This document shows positions 40,201-50,810 of a stretch of 64,000 nucleotides of DNA, piece after piece (position 1 is the first letter of the stretch; the number at the start of each line of letters is the position of its first letter). Source of the DNA: Tubulanus polymorphus. Taxonomy: Eukaryota; Animalia; Nemertea. The notes under the pieces were generated by a model. The model was given only the letters and a program-made list of their open reading frames with translations, did not search any database and was not told the DNA's origin. A program made the position numbers and the translations under genes. The stretch is taken from assembly GCF_964204645.1 (NCBI RefSeq), contig NC_134025.1, positions 11,904,001 to 11,968,000 on the forward strand, written 5' to 3'.

Positions 40201-43063
40201 TGATATTGGATATAACAATTCATCCATTTTTATGAACCTCAAATTTCATCCCAATTTCGACAATTCGAATAATTCCATACTGGATACAATGAACCAAAGT
40301 TTGTCGTATGAGGTTCCACTGACTGTATATAGCCAGACCCCTAAACCATGGTCCACTTATTCTTCATATACCATATCAAACACAGGAATCCCTTGTAATT
40401 TTGATACCGGGTATTCCATTTTCCTGTAGTTCTCAATCACAATTTGCCTTTTAAAAAAACTTACCATTTTTCGAGTTCTTTTTCCCAGTTGGGTATTAGC
40501 GACACAGGCATAATTATCAAAACTGATTTGATTCTGTCAGCGTCAAACATCCCGGATAAAAATGATATAACCTGTATTGTCTTTCCAAGTCTACAAGAAT
40601 AATAATTGAGAAGTAATTAAATATCATGAACACAATCATCTATTTAGACTTACTCAGTATGTTAGTCACTTAGCGTTTTGTTACAGTTTACTTATAAGAA
40701 TGAAAATCTTTATTAAGACACGAGACTAGGAGGCATAACAAATACACCTGACCATTAGTTTCATTATATTCCATTGTATTAATACAATGCACTTAAAAAT
40801 GTATCGTAGCTCATTAATTATCGTTAGTTTTTAGATCTTACTAGACACGATGCCGATAAGGAAGCATGCATGGAAAATTGAAAACATTCGACAGATTGAA
40901 AGGGCTTATCATCGGGATGATTCATTTATCATGCAAGCACATGACCTATCTTGTTTGTTAGAATGCTCTTTAGCAAATGATGATATTTACATTCCTATTA
41001 TGAAAGTTTATTCAGTTTGGAACAAATTTTTCTCATACAGCACAAACGAATGATCAATAGTTCCAGCAGTACAGTACAGTTCTCAGAATTAAAGGTGTCT
41101 AAATACAGCATGCTTAAATGGCCAACCATCACAGTACACTAGGTCAGGTCCCATAAGACCTTGACCAGTCAAGAATTAAACAGGTGACTGAAATCTGACA
41201 GTATGTACCTCGTCCCGGTATGTATGGGGGAATAGAAAAACTGGTTTCATATACGTATGCAATGGATTGAAGATCCTGTAATCATTCCTATGAACGACCA
41301 GGGCCAAATTCGGTTTACGTATCTAATCGATTAGTGGTCAGAACTAATAACCGAATGCGCTTAATTTCTGAACTATTTCCACAATATAGTTTCGACCACC
41401 AACTGAAATTCGGTTGCACTTAGTTCGACCATAGTCGACTAACTCACATAACCGAAGTTGGCCCAATGTTGCGAGATTAAACATACCCCATATCATCGCC
41501 GAGGATGCCACCTTTTCCTTTTTTGTACAATTTCCAGAACCAGAGAACACTTTCCTTCTGATGTTTGTAAAGTTTGTCGAATATATTACGATGCAGATAG
41601 AAACCATTTCCAACTTCAACCATATCATTATCATCGTCATCATCATCATCATCATCATCATCATCTCCATCATTATGATGCTCCCTGATATAATCCTAGT
41701 AAAAAGTAAAATATCCATAAAAATCATTTCATCAGAGATGCTAGGGCCAAAGTACCAAAATTCCGGAATTTAGAACGGGGGTCTTTTTGCGTTTTTGCAT
41801 CGCCGGAAATGCGTTCTAGAGCGATCTGGGTATCTGAAAATAAGACGGCAGGCGTTCGTTGTGCTTCACATCCCTCGCTGCCTTCTTATGCTGCGCGCTA
41901 TCCGGGTGATGAAGAATATCTTTTTTCCCGCCACTACCGTATTTGACCTGGTCTTTACAAACGACGCAGTACGCCACGCCAGCTAAGTCTAACTTACGAA
42001 TGTAGTTCGATATGTAGTCCCCGTTACTGTCCTTACACTCTAGCCAGTGCCAGTTACCGGTAAATTCATTTTTTATACCGCTGTCAATTGCCTTTATATC
42101 GACAGACTCCCGACTGACAATCTTTCCGTGCGTGCTCATTTTGCAGACCGTCCCGCTTGACAGCTGCAGGCAAAAAGAAAGTTACAAAGCTGCGTGCCTC
42201 AGGACATAGCACACACGTGGTAATAATTAAGATATTTATTAGATATCATCTTAATTATTACCACATGCATCTTCACATTGTTGGCCGTCAGCGGGACGAT
42301 GTACAACGGCGCGTAAAGATAATTAACTTTTAGTTGGAAATGGCGTCACAACAGTGGCGCTCAGCCTACGCACGCGCACAGATACCACAACAAGCACACA
42401 TATATACATTGTATCAGAACGTCCTCGGAAACAGAGACCAAGATAAAATAACACAGAAGCGACGACGAGTACAAGCAAACGAACGCTTTTACGGTCAGTG
42501 CCATTACTGGTCGCCGCGAGGAATTCTCACCCAATTACCGGAATTGACATCGGCGATCCTAAATTTCCAGAATTCCGGATATTTCCGGAAAACTAGCATC
42601 TCTGTTTCATAGACGAGCGAAACCTATTTCTAAAAAAAAAAAAACGATCGGCTTACTTCTAGTTTCTGTATTCGCTTCAAAAGGTTGGGAGTTTCGTGTA
42701 GTTTTTGAGCTTTTCGGTAAAGAATCACCGCTTCTTCGAGATGACCGTCATGAATGAGCTGTCTTGCTCCTGTTACCAGTTTCTTAAATTTCTCTGTGTC
42801 ATAATCGCATTCAACAATAACGTTTGGATCTAAATTAACGATAATAAACCATACCGGCGGATATGTGATTATGCAGACTTAACGGGAGCACATTGTGACT
42901 CAAGCCCCCTTGACGAAGTCTTCAACTTAAACTGACACAAATTCTTCATATAGGATTGTGTACCATATTTCTTGTGTAGGTAGGTGGTGGTGGTGTGTGG
43001 AGCAGCTGGACCTGGAGTAGTGGGCCTTTTTTGGTTGTTAATCCTACCTTTATTTTCATCCAT
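28277..43063 (-). CDS. ERCC6L: SNF2-family DNA translocase PICH (ERCC6-like), ~19 coding exons
   Basis: N-terminal TPR-like exon 42657-42829. ILGDDMG|LGKTIQ (41487-41695 / ~40465-40589), [11 protein letters not shown] and [10 protein letters not shown] (39722-39847), [104 protein letters not shown]. Acidic exon ~30012-31167 and C-terminal TPR ([23 protein letters not shown]) ending in TAA at 28277. The start codon at 43063 is the best guess. Confidence 0.93.
29807..29969. mobile_element. ~160-bp GGG-ended MITE, copy 2
   Basis: Same TIRs and interior as 15326-15488; flanked by ATA on both sides. Confidence 0.8.
32634..33270 (-). pseudogene. Intronless class A (rhodopsin-like, peptide-receptor-like) GPCR pseudogene fragment, TM3-TM7, in an ERCC6L intron
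   Basis: Joining frames gives [20 protein letters not shown] (TM3, E/DRY-like) /fs/ [14 protein letters not shown] (TM4) ... [18 protein letters not shown] (TM5) /fs/ [20 protein letters not shown] (TM6) /fs/ [19 protein letters not shown] (TM7 NPxxY-like plus helix 8). At least 3 frameshifts; no TM1-2 found. Confidence 0.8.
33901..34472 (+). mobile_element. Helentron-associated (HINE/pearl-like) element
   Basis: Left CAGCTCCGCTG, three ~140-147-bp tandem units (AAGATTTTACAAG...), a GACG/GACA microsatellite, then the terminal hairpin AGCTCCGCTG-ACCTTCGGTCA-CAGCGGAGCT and an A-run. Confidence 0.75.
34474..35812 (+). mobile_element. Second HINE-like element with ~150-bp TGACCTT tandem units (same family as ~29040-29390)
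   Basis: Starts ACTAGAATGTCGC. Repeated GTGACCTTGACCTTTGAC...GGACCCGAA.TCTAATCAGT units are shared with ~29040-29390. Interrupted by the 34994-35723 MITE. Confidence 0.6.
34994..35723. mobile_element. CAG-ended MITE with 6-bp TSD nested in a Helentron-associated element
   Basis: TIR CAGGGTTCATAG / CTATGAACCATG, TSD TGTTTA (34988-34993 and 35724-35729), subterminal CCATGAC-type repeats. Confidence 0.7.
37728..37896. mobile_element. Palindromic MITE (P- or hAT-like) with 8-bp TSD
   Basis: 169-bp near-perfect palindrome starting CACAGGGGCTCGTATTTGAAG, flanked by GCTTGTAG at 37720-37727 and 37897-37904. Confidence 0.85.
38707..38974. mobile_element. PIF/Harbinger-like MITE, diverged copy
   Basis: Shares GAGCGCG...AAAC.AATCACTC...AAGTGAGTC.TTTCC...GCCAAAAATGCTTGTGTGATCGCG with 20596-20828. 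Confidence 0.7.
40183..40321. mobile_element. Short Tigger/pogo-like MITE relic
   Basis: TA|CAGTGGAACTTC ... GAGGTTCCACTG imperfect TIRs. Confidence 0.55.
41622..41678 (-). repeat. (GAT)n coding microsatellite giving a poly-Asp tract in ERCC6L
   Basis: CAT repeats on the plus strand, in frame in exon 41487-41695 ([19 protein letters not shown]). Confidence 0.9.
41733..42604 (-). mobile_element. Internally deleted hAT-like transposon retaining the transposase N-terminal zinc finger
   Basis: Perfect 12-bp TIR CAGAGATGCTAG/CTAGCATCTCTG and a 6-bp TSD TTTCAT. ORF 41816-42139 has W.WL...YIRK...AYCVVC...G.GGKKD..HH..S.QH, a BED/TTF-like C2H2 finger. No catalytic domain. Confidence 0.8.
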
Positions 43064-43718
43064 ATCTCCATTAATCTCTGACCATACGACGATATTTTCC
43101 ACCCTAGATCAAGATTAAGTTAAGAACGACACTACCCAGTACACCTGTACCTATATCACTCACAGTGATTAATATTTCTTGTTTAACTTTTTAGGCCTAT
43201 TTAGAACGACGCGCCACCACAACTATTATTATTGATAGATGGCGTTACTGGTCTCATTTCGTTTTCCTGAGTTTTTTCGCTCTGTTTTTTCTCTCTTGTT
43301 TCAATCATTCAGCGCATGAAAGCCTCCTTTGAACCCTTAGGAGTAATAACCAAGAAGAGCACGTATTTAGTTACAATAATGACAATAAAGTCTAATTAAA
43401 TTGAACAATGTAAATTGAATTGGTCTCCACAAAAAATAATAATCTGGATGCTGAAATGCCGGCTGTGTTACTGATTATATTCAAAAGTCATCGACCATTT
43501 CCTATTCACAAACGATCACAAAATACCCTTAAGATTATCTCTTAATCATCAAACTATGTGAAAATTTTCTTCAACTTCATTTTTAAGAAGCCAAATTTGA
43601 ATTGTATTAGCAGCGCTGAATTCCCAGATGACTCATCAGCGCATTCTGCAGAAAGCTTGGTCGTTGTTTAATGGTCGTCAAGGAAAACTAAAAGTTTTAC
43701 TTATCTAAATAGGCTAAG
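43064..43718. promoter_or_regulatory. Putative bidirectional promoter and 5' UTR region of ERCC6L and DNAL1
   Basis: Divergent start codons ~655 bp apart. An imperfect RFX X-box-like GTCGTCAAGGAAAAC lies at 43674-43688, just upstream of the DNAL1 ATG. Confidence 0.5.
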
Positions 43719-46700
43719 ATGGTGAGTTTAATCGACCCACAAATGTATAAGATCGTAGCCTACTTATTCGAATTTCTATGATCATTGAATAAATCTCAAC
43801 AACAGATACCGAATCTTACACCATTTAGAGTGTGAGAGATCGAAACGTGTATTTTTAAAATTTTATTTCATTAAAAAAAGATAAGTCAAGATTCGGTCTT
43901 ACTACTTTACTTATAAGTTATCGTGTCTTTCTAGATCAGATCATCTGTTGATTTTATGAATAAAATTCAAATGTTAATTGCTTACAGGTATAGCCTAGTT
44001 CGTTTTAAACTTATCTCATGATTGTGATGAAAAAGTTCTTCATTCAATCAAGCAATCTGTTAGTGTTAGTTGATGATTGCTAACGTTAGAAACCTTTACC
44101 AATTTCTCAACGAAAAAAAAATGAAAACGTTATTAGGCCTGTGTAAAGTTTGTCAAAACACAAATTATTGAATTTTCAAACCAACCGCATTACAACGACT
44201 TCAAGTATCAGGGCCGTCGGAACAGGGGCGGTCAAAGCCGCCCCACTTTTTTGCTTAACAAAATTTTTTCAAAAGCACGCTGTACCGCGTAGCAGCTCAT
44301 TGTTCTCTGTACTAGGTGGTTGGCTCACGACTTATCATGCTTCTGTGAATGAGACCGTGAAGTGGCCCCAAAGGCAAAACGCATCTCCGGCGATTGAATT
44401 TTCAAAATTTTTCAAGGGGAGGGCCCCCAAACCCCCCTTCAGAAATAAGCCTCGCCACTGAAAAATTCCTTCCGACGGCTCTGAGTATATGGACGAAAGA
44501 CCATCGCTGGTCATACGTCTAAGCTGGATTACTGAACTTTACATGTTCCCGCTGGTCAGCAGGTTTTCAAGGAAGCATCGATTGCTACTGTCAAATATAG
44601 TCCTCGCATAGAATTTGCTGATTCCTTAACATTTCTTTTCAGTCGAAAGGCACTACGATCAAAGAGGCACTTGCCAAATGGGTATGTTATTTAAAGGCAA
44701 TCAATAAATGAAAAACGCGTATAGCATAGGCCACACCTGACAATAATGATCTGAAAAGTGTTGGTCTGAAATAATTTTGATTTAGATAATGTATCAAAGG
44801 TTATGTTATGAATTTTCTTCTAAATTTCTATATCTTTAATTGCGGCTCTGGTAAAAGTATAATGTTGTTCATTTGTGAATTCTCTGTTACAGGAAGAGAA
44901 AAAAGGCTGCAAGGCAGCAGAAGCCGAAGAAGTGCTGTTATATGCTCAGATACCTCCAGTTGAAAAAATGGATGCCTCCTTATCAACCTTGGCAGCATGC
45001 ACGTAAGTTCATGAATTGAATTTTTTCATGATAGCCTTGCTTGTGTATAGGCTTAGTCAACAGTCAATATATAGAAATCCTGCATAATAACTAAAGAAAC
45101 ATGGGTCGGAAAATTTTCTTGAGTATGATGATTACTATAGCTACGGCTTGAGTATGAAACATGACTGTATTCATTACTCCTGAAAGTGACTAATAGGATG
45201 ATGTCGAAGTATTGAAATTTTACAACTAGCTCAAGGAAACCTTGGGACTCATTTTTTCTTTATTGGTGGGATTTTACCGTATGATTGTCTCAACATACAG
45301 TGTTTCATCAAGATTATCAGGTCATCCTGTGACTAGTACAGTGCTGTTTGGTGTCAGTTTCCAGTATCTAATTAAGTGATTTTTGTTGCCTCATTTAGCA
45401 GGTTTTTCATAATTTTGGAAATTCGTTTTCTATAGCACTGTGATACAATGTTCAATGGCGCTTTCCGTTACATTGGTATTATTACCTCTTGCCATTTATC
45501 AGTCATCGCTCCCCGGGGAAAAGTAACATCCAAGCAGCTAGGCGCTCAGGAGTCATCAATCAGACCAGGTACCCATTTACTCCTGGGTGGAGAGAGGCAA
45601 TGAGAATAAGTGTCTTGCCCAAAGACACTACGGGATGGTTCGAACCCATGACCTGGCTTCCCAGAGTCGAATGCTCTGATCACTCGCCTACACCCCTCAC
45701 TTTCAATAATGATAATAATTTGAGATTTTTTAGTTACTTCATGTGTACAATAATGTACGAAAATTCTAACTTCTAACAATTTGGTGAGACTGGTGGTTCG
45801 TAGAAAATGAAAACTGGCGCATATGAAGATGATCTCTAGTGTGAAATCGAAACGTCGTGTTTTTACATTTAGAAATAAATTCTCGATTTTAATTCTTTTA
45901 ATTGTACATAGTGGGTTTTTATCCTATCATGGCGCATATACTCGACTGACAATAAATAGGAGCTTATTACTGGGTTACTGTCAGTTCAGGCTTTCCTGTT
46001 TGACAGGACAGTTGTGTCCCGTTAAGGTTTAAAGATATTTTTCAATAATGCAGATTTATTCTTTATTTTTAAGGAAATTGTCATTGTCGTCAAATTCTAT
46101 TGAAAAGATTGCAAATTTAAACGGCCTAAGTAAGTAAATCCCAAATGTTATATAATAGATTTTAAGCCAACTACTGCTGTAGGACTAATCAACTTGCATT
46201 ATCATTGATTATCTAGAAAATCTTCGAATACTCTCCCTCGGAAGAAATGGCATCAAGAGCTTGACAGGTTTGGTAAGTTATCAATCCGCAATAAACAGAA
46301 TTATTTTTAGTGAATGTGGAAAAATGACGGAAGAGGTGCTGCGGCTGAGTAGTTACGAGCCTTTCATCAATCCAGACAGGGATCATGGGTTTGAATCCAT
46401 CAGTGGTACTTCTCTGGCCTTTTCCGTCCGTTCCTCTAGCAATGAAAGAAACCTCGAACCCGCTTGTAGGCCTAATATGCTGATTGGTGTTTGGCAGGTT
46501 CAGGATTCAATGAGAAAATAACGACATCCGGAAACTAAACAGATAGATGTATTTTAAAGTATTTCGTTTTTTTTAAATTATGTCATAATCCTGGTTTAAT
46601 TTGAAACAATTGCTTTATGTAATCTTTATTTTGACAGGAAGCCGTCGGCGACACATTGGTGGAGTTGTGGATATCATATAACTTTATTGAAAAACTCAAA

Positions 46701-48414
46701 GGAATAAATGTTCTTAAAAAGTTGAAGGTAAAAATGCATGTAGCCTACTGGTTAGCAATAACGATCAATAGCATTACGATGCAGTTTAATAAGTTGGCAC
46801 ACTGTTTCCCGGGAATTTTTGGTTAAGTCGTTATTTGAGAATAAACTGTTTTAAGCGGAAACTCTCATGAAACTAGACCCTGGTTTGCTTATGTTAAAAA
46901 ATTAGCTCGTTTTCATCAGAAAGGTCTAAATTGTTTCAATTCCTACCATTGCAGGTTTTGTACATGTCTAACAATAGTGTAAAAGATATGAGTGAATTCC
47001 AGAAGCTTGTAAGTATAATTTATTCGCAGTACAATGATCTATCAAGTAACATGTTATGTACTAAACCCCTTGTCTTTTCATCAGGCTGACTTACCTTGTC
47101 TTGAAGATTTATTATTCGTGGGTAAGTAGGCACTAGTAAGATTAGTTTTGAAAAAGTTTGTAATTTTTTTCGAATTTTATCATTCACTTGGCCTCACTTA
47201 TTCAATTATGCTCGGCCGAGCAAAAATGCCCGAGTAACTTATCAATTTAGTGACTTATACCTGCATAATGAGAGCAGCTGCAAATGGATTCTTTCTCAAT
47301 AAAATCTTACAGGAAATCCTTTAGAAGAAGCACATTCACAAGCTGGTGACTGGGTTTCTGTTGCCGCCAAAAAATTACCAAAACTGAAAAAACTAGATGG
47401 TACGTATGGGTATGCACAATATTAAAACAGTGCAATCATGCTAGACTAACGTCAGGGGCCAGTTGAATAATCAGGATAAATGGTTGAAAACATCGAAAAG
47501 GAAAAGGTTATACAGTAGAACTGGTGTAAGTCCGACATGTTGAGACAACGGGAAAATGTCCGACTTAGAAAAATTCCGATAATGAGTAACTCGGATCTTG
47601 GCAGGTTGATCTGATTTATCTACAGATTAAGACCCTAAACTCAAACAACTGTGTGACACAGTACTGTCAATACTCTATTCTATAGCCGACTACTATTGTA
47701 AACATGTGCTTAACATGTTTCTGTTGACAGGAAAATCAATCTACCAGTGTATAATAGACGCTACGCGTCAGTGACGATCTTTTTAAAAAGAACTGAAATT
47801 AGCAAACTGACTTAGAGATTGAGGAATGCATTGCTTTGAAACTTTCGGAACATATATTTTAGCCGAATTTCCGACTTCTAGAATCCGACTTTGAGACAGA
47901 TTTTGATAGGGAAGTGAACTGAAAAAATCGGGACCTTGGAACTTCGGCTGATTGCTGATTTTCTGACTTAAAGCTGTCCGACTTACGCCAGTTCTACTGT
48001 AATAAGCATTTAATGATAATTTAGCTTATAGGATAGTCAAGTCAATTACAAACTCAATTTGCTATCTTTATCCTTTACTCCTAAAGAAAATGGAGAAAAT
48101 TCTTAATATTCACTCACCAGCCACTTGTGTGGGTATGTGATGCTTGTAAATGTCTAGACTGGGGTGAACGAGATCTATCATGGGAAAGGTTTGAAAAATA
48201 AGTGAAAAAATACAGTCGACTCCTGCTTACTGTAATCAATTGAATGGGAACAGTGATAATAGTTTTGAGTTAGGTGATATATGTGATTCGAGTTAGACAG
48301 ATGAAATTGAATTGATATTCTATTGCAAGAGTTCTAAGATTTTGAATCAACTGTATTTTTGTTTTTTTTCCAGGTGCACCGGTGATTCGTGCGGAGGAAG
48401 ATGAGGAAGATTAA
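43719..48414 (+). CDS. DNAL1: Dynein axonemal light chain 1 (leucine-rich repeat, outer dynein arm LC1), 10 exons
   Basis: ATG|gtgagt at 43719-43721, then exons 44643-44681 ([13 protein letters not shown]), 44893-45002 ([16 protein letters not shown]), 46074-46129 ([18 protein letters not shown]), 46217-46272 ([10 protein letters not shown]), 46639-46727 ([23 protein letters not shown]), ~46955-47008, ~47085-47121, ~47313-47399 (NPLEE...LKKLD) and 48374-48414. Confidence 0.96.
44209..44483. mobile_element. CAG-ended MITE with 5-bp TSD in DNAL1 intron 1
   Basis: TIR CAGGGCCGTCGGAA / TTCCGACGGCTCTG flanked by AGTAT on both sides. Confidence 0.7.
45425..45700 (-). mobile_element. tRNA-head SINE with CORE-like central domain
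   Basis: Minus strand: A-box-like TAGGCGAGTG, B-box GGTTCGAACC, central GTGTCTTTGGGCAAGACACTT...CTCTCTCCACCCAGGAGTAAATGGGTACC and an L2-like tail AAAGCGCC...GTGCTATAGAAAA. Confidence 0.75.
46330..46450 (+). mobile_element. Degraded tRNA-derived SINE head
   Basis: GGCTGAGTAGTT (A-box-like) and GGTTTGAATCC (B-box-like); no cloverleaf. Confidence 0.4.
47513..47999. mobile_element. Tc1/mariner(pogo)-like MITE
   Basis: TIR CAGTAGAACTGG(T/C)GTAAGTC(C/G)GACA with a TA duplication on both sides. Confidence 0.8.
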
Positions 48415-50810
48415 TGAGATGGTTCCGATTGATGATTCCGTTTTGAAGAAAAAACGAACATTATTCTCTGTAGATTGACGAACTGTGATACGAACACTGG
48501 TTATATGTTGTATGTTTCGAATCATCTGTGTTTGTAAATTCCTGTTACAAAAATCAAACATTTTACAAAAGAACTGCTAAGTGTATCTGAAAAAAAAACG
48601 CTTTGACATTTTAAAATAAGATGTTGTCTGCGGTTAGCTATGGCTTTGTTGATAGATTTCATGGTCTGTATCATAATAATCAAAGTAATGAAATGCATTG
48701 GTTTCTTCCTTATCAGTAATAAAGTAACTTTATTACCGGTACTAATAAGGTGGAAACCAAGTATTTATGTAATTGGTGCTTGTATTTTCATTGGATTACA
48801 CGTCATAGCTGTCTACCAGCTACTCGGTGTATGTTTACAGTGCTAGAATTGACAAAATGCACTAATTCACATTTTCATGTTCTTTTTCTATAATAGACTG
48901 TATTTTTTTGTACATCTCATCAATGGACATTCCTGTGTATATATAAGAAAATAAATTATTTCGTTTTGAATGTTATTAAATAGAAAATTAAATTGAATAT
49001 ACAGATTTAAATGGTTGTTTTGACTTTGATTTTGAAGTACATGTACCTTTTGTATAGGAAAAAGAATGTATACATCGCATATATACATATATTATATGAA
49101 GCGGAAAGCTCTGGCAGAGAACCCCTTAAAACGAAACATAAACTACGCTCTCAAAGGTCGGCCTGGATAAGATATTTACCAGCTTTCCAATGTCGATGAA
49201 AATTTCCTTAATTATAGAGTTGGTTTTGAAAACTTTTGATTCGCTCATATGAATTTTATTCTTACTTCCTATCAATTCTGCAGCCAATAACTCAAATTGT
49301 TGCATGTATTTCGTTTTCTAAACCTGAAAATCAAAGCACAGGAAATACAACAATTCATGATGGTCCGTGGCAAAGGTTATATTCTGAGGTTGTCCTCCTT
49401 CAGGTGATTTATCTTCATCATTGATTCTAAATAGCATCTCCGATGAAATGAATATGAAACAAATTGTTAAGCGGTTCTTGGCTGAAATTGTTTGGATATT
49501 TTGTAAACTTAGCATAGGCTGCCCCACGATTTATTGCAATTCAATGGGCATCAAATTTTAATTGGCGGAAGGCCCACATTGATGAATTGTAGGCCTCATG
49601 TCAACAACTTAAAATTGCTTCCGCGGCCTGGATAACCAAGATAAAAAACATGACGTCCTCTAAAATAATCTGTTTGTGATCATCAAGACCTTTTGACAAA
49701 GTCCATGACAAACTTTCTGCTGACTTGAAGTTGGAATTGAAATCGACGCAGGATCAGATTCGCTGAAATAGTACGCCTAGGTCTAGTCTGCGGTTCCTTG
49801 CGCCAGGTGCCTTGCAGTGTAGGCCGTGATGAAGCTGCTCGTTTACCCCAGGGGTGGATCCAGACGTGAATAGTACATGACCCGTACGTGACCTGTACGT
49901 GGCTTTTTCCATACCTTTTGAAAAACAATGGCAATTTTTTCAGGGCCATTTTACCACGCATCTAATAAGAGCTATCTACGGTATCAGGACAATTCCACCC
50001 CCGCTGCAATTGTCCCCTAATTGTGGGGTTATTGTCTGGGGGGCAATTGTCCTAGAACCATGGCTACACATCATACACGGCCTTTCTTATACCAGGACTG
50101 CATGGATATTGCCCTTTTTAAAAAGTATACCTTTTATCTTTTTGTGCAGTCAAATTCGGCCCCTGACCTCACCCGAGCAATGGTCATTTCGGATTTAGGA
50201 GTCTGGATAATATTGGCATGGACCTTCAAAGGGAACAAAATAATTTTGACAGAGTAATGGTCTGTATCCGCCTCTGACAATAAAAAAGAACAGTAGCGAT
50301 ACCTATAATCAAAACTATTTGTAGGTATGAATAATAAATAAATTTTATTTATTTGAACGATCACAGACTTAACATGATTAGCATCAATGAAAAATTTAAA
50401 TAGGACAGCAGAAAAAAATGAAGGACGGCAATTGATTTATCATTTATAATATTATGTACATAATTGAGCACAAGAGTAGGTAGTGTAATCTTGTGGCGTG
50501 AATCAGCCACCAAACCTGCTATAATAGGCTACTAGCTAAATATAAGTTCAACCAAATCATCTCAATGTACACATACTTGACATAATTATGGATGTATAAA
50601 CCAGTTTAAACGTCCATCGTGATACACCTTTGATTTTGGATATATACACGTATGTTTTTGTGTAAATTGATCGTAACATCTTCAAGATCTACAGAAATAC
50701 TTTGAAGTCATTTCATCCAACAAAAAATAGAAAATGAATTCGAAAACAAAACTGCAGGGTGGCGATCCATTAAATTATTGATTATCACAAGACTAATAAT
50801 AGTTCTCCCT

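Noticed and set aside
41344-41773. Poly-Met, poly-His and poly-Ile ORFs
   Set aside because: Alternative frames and strands of the (GAT)n tract in an ERCC6L exon.
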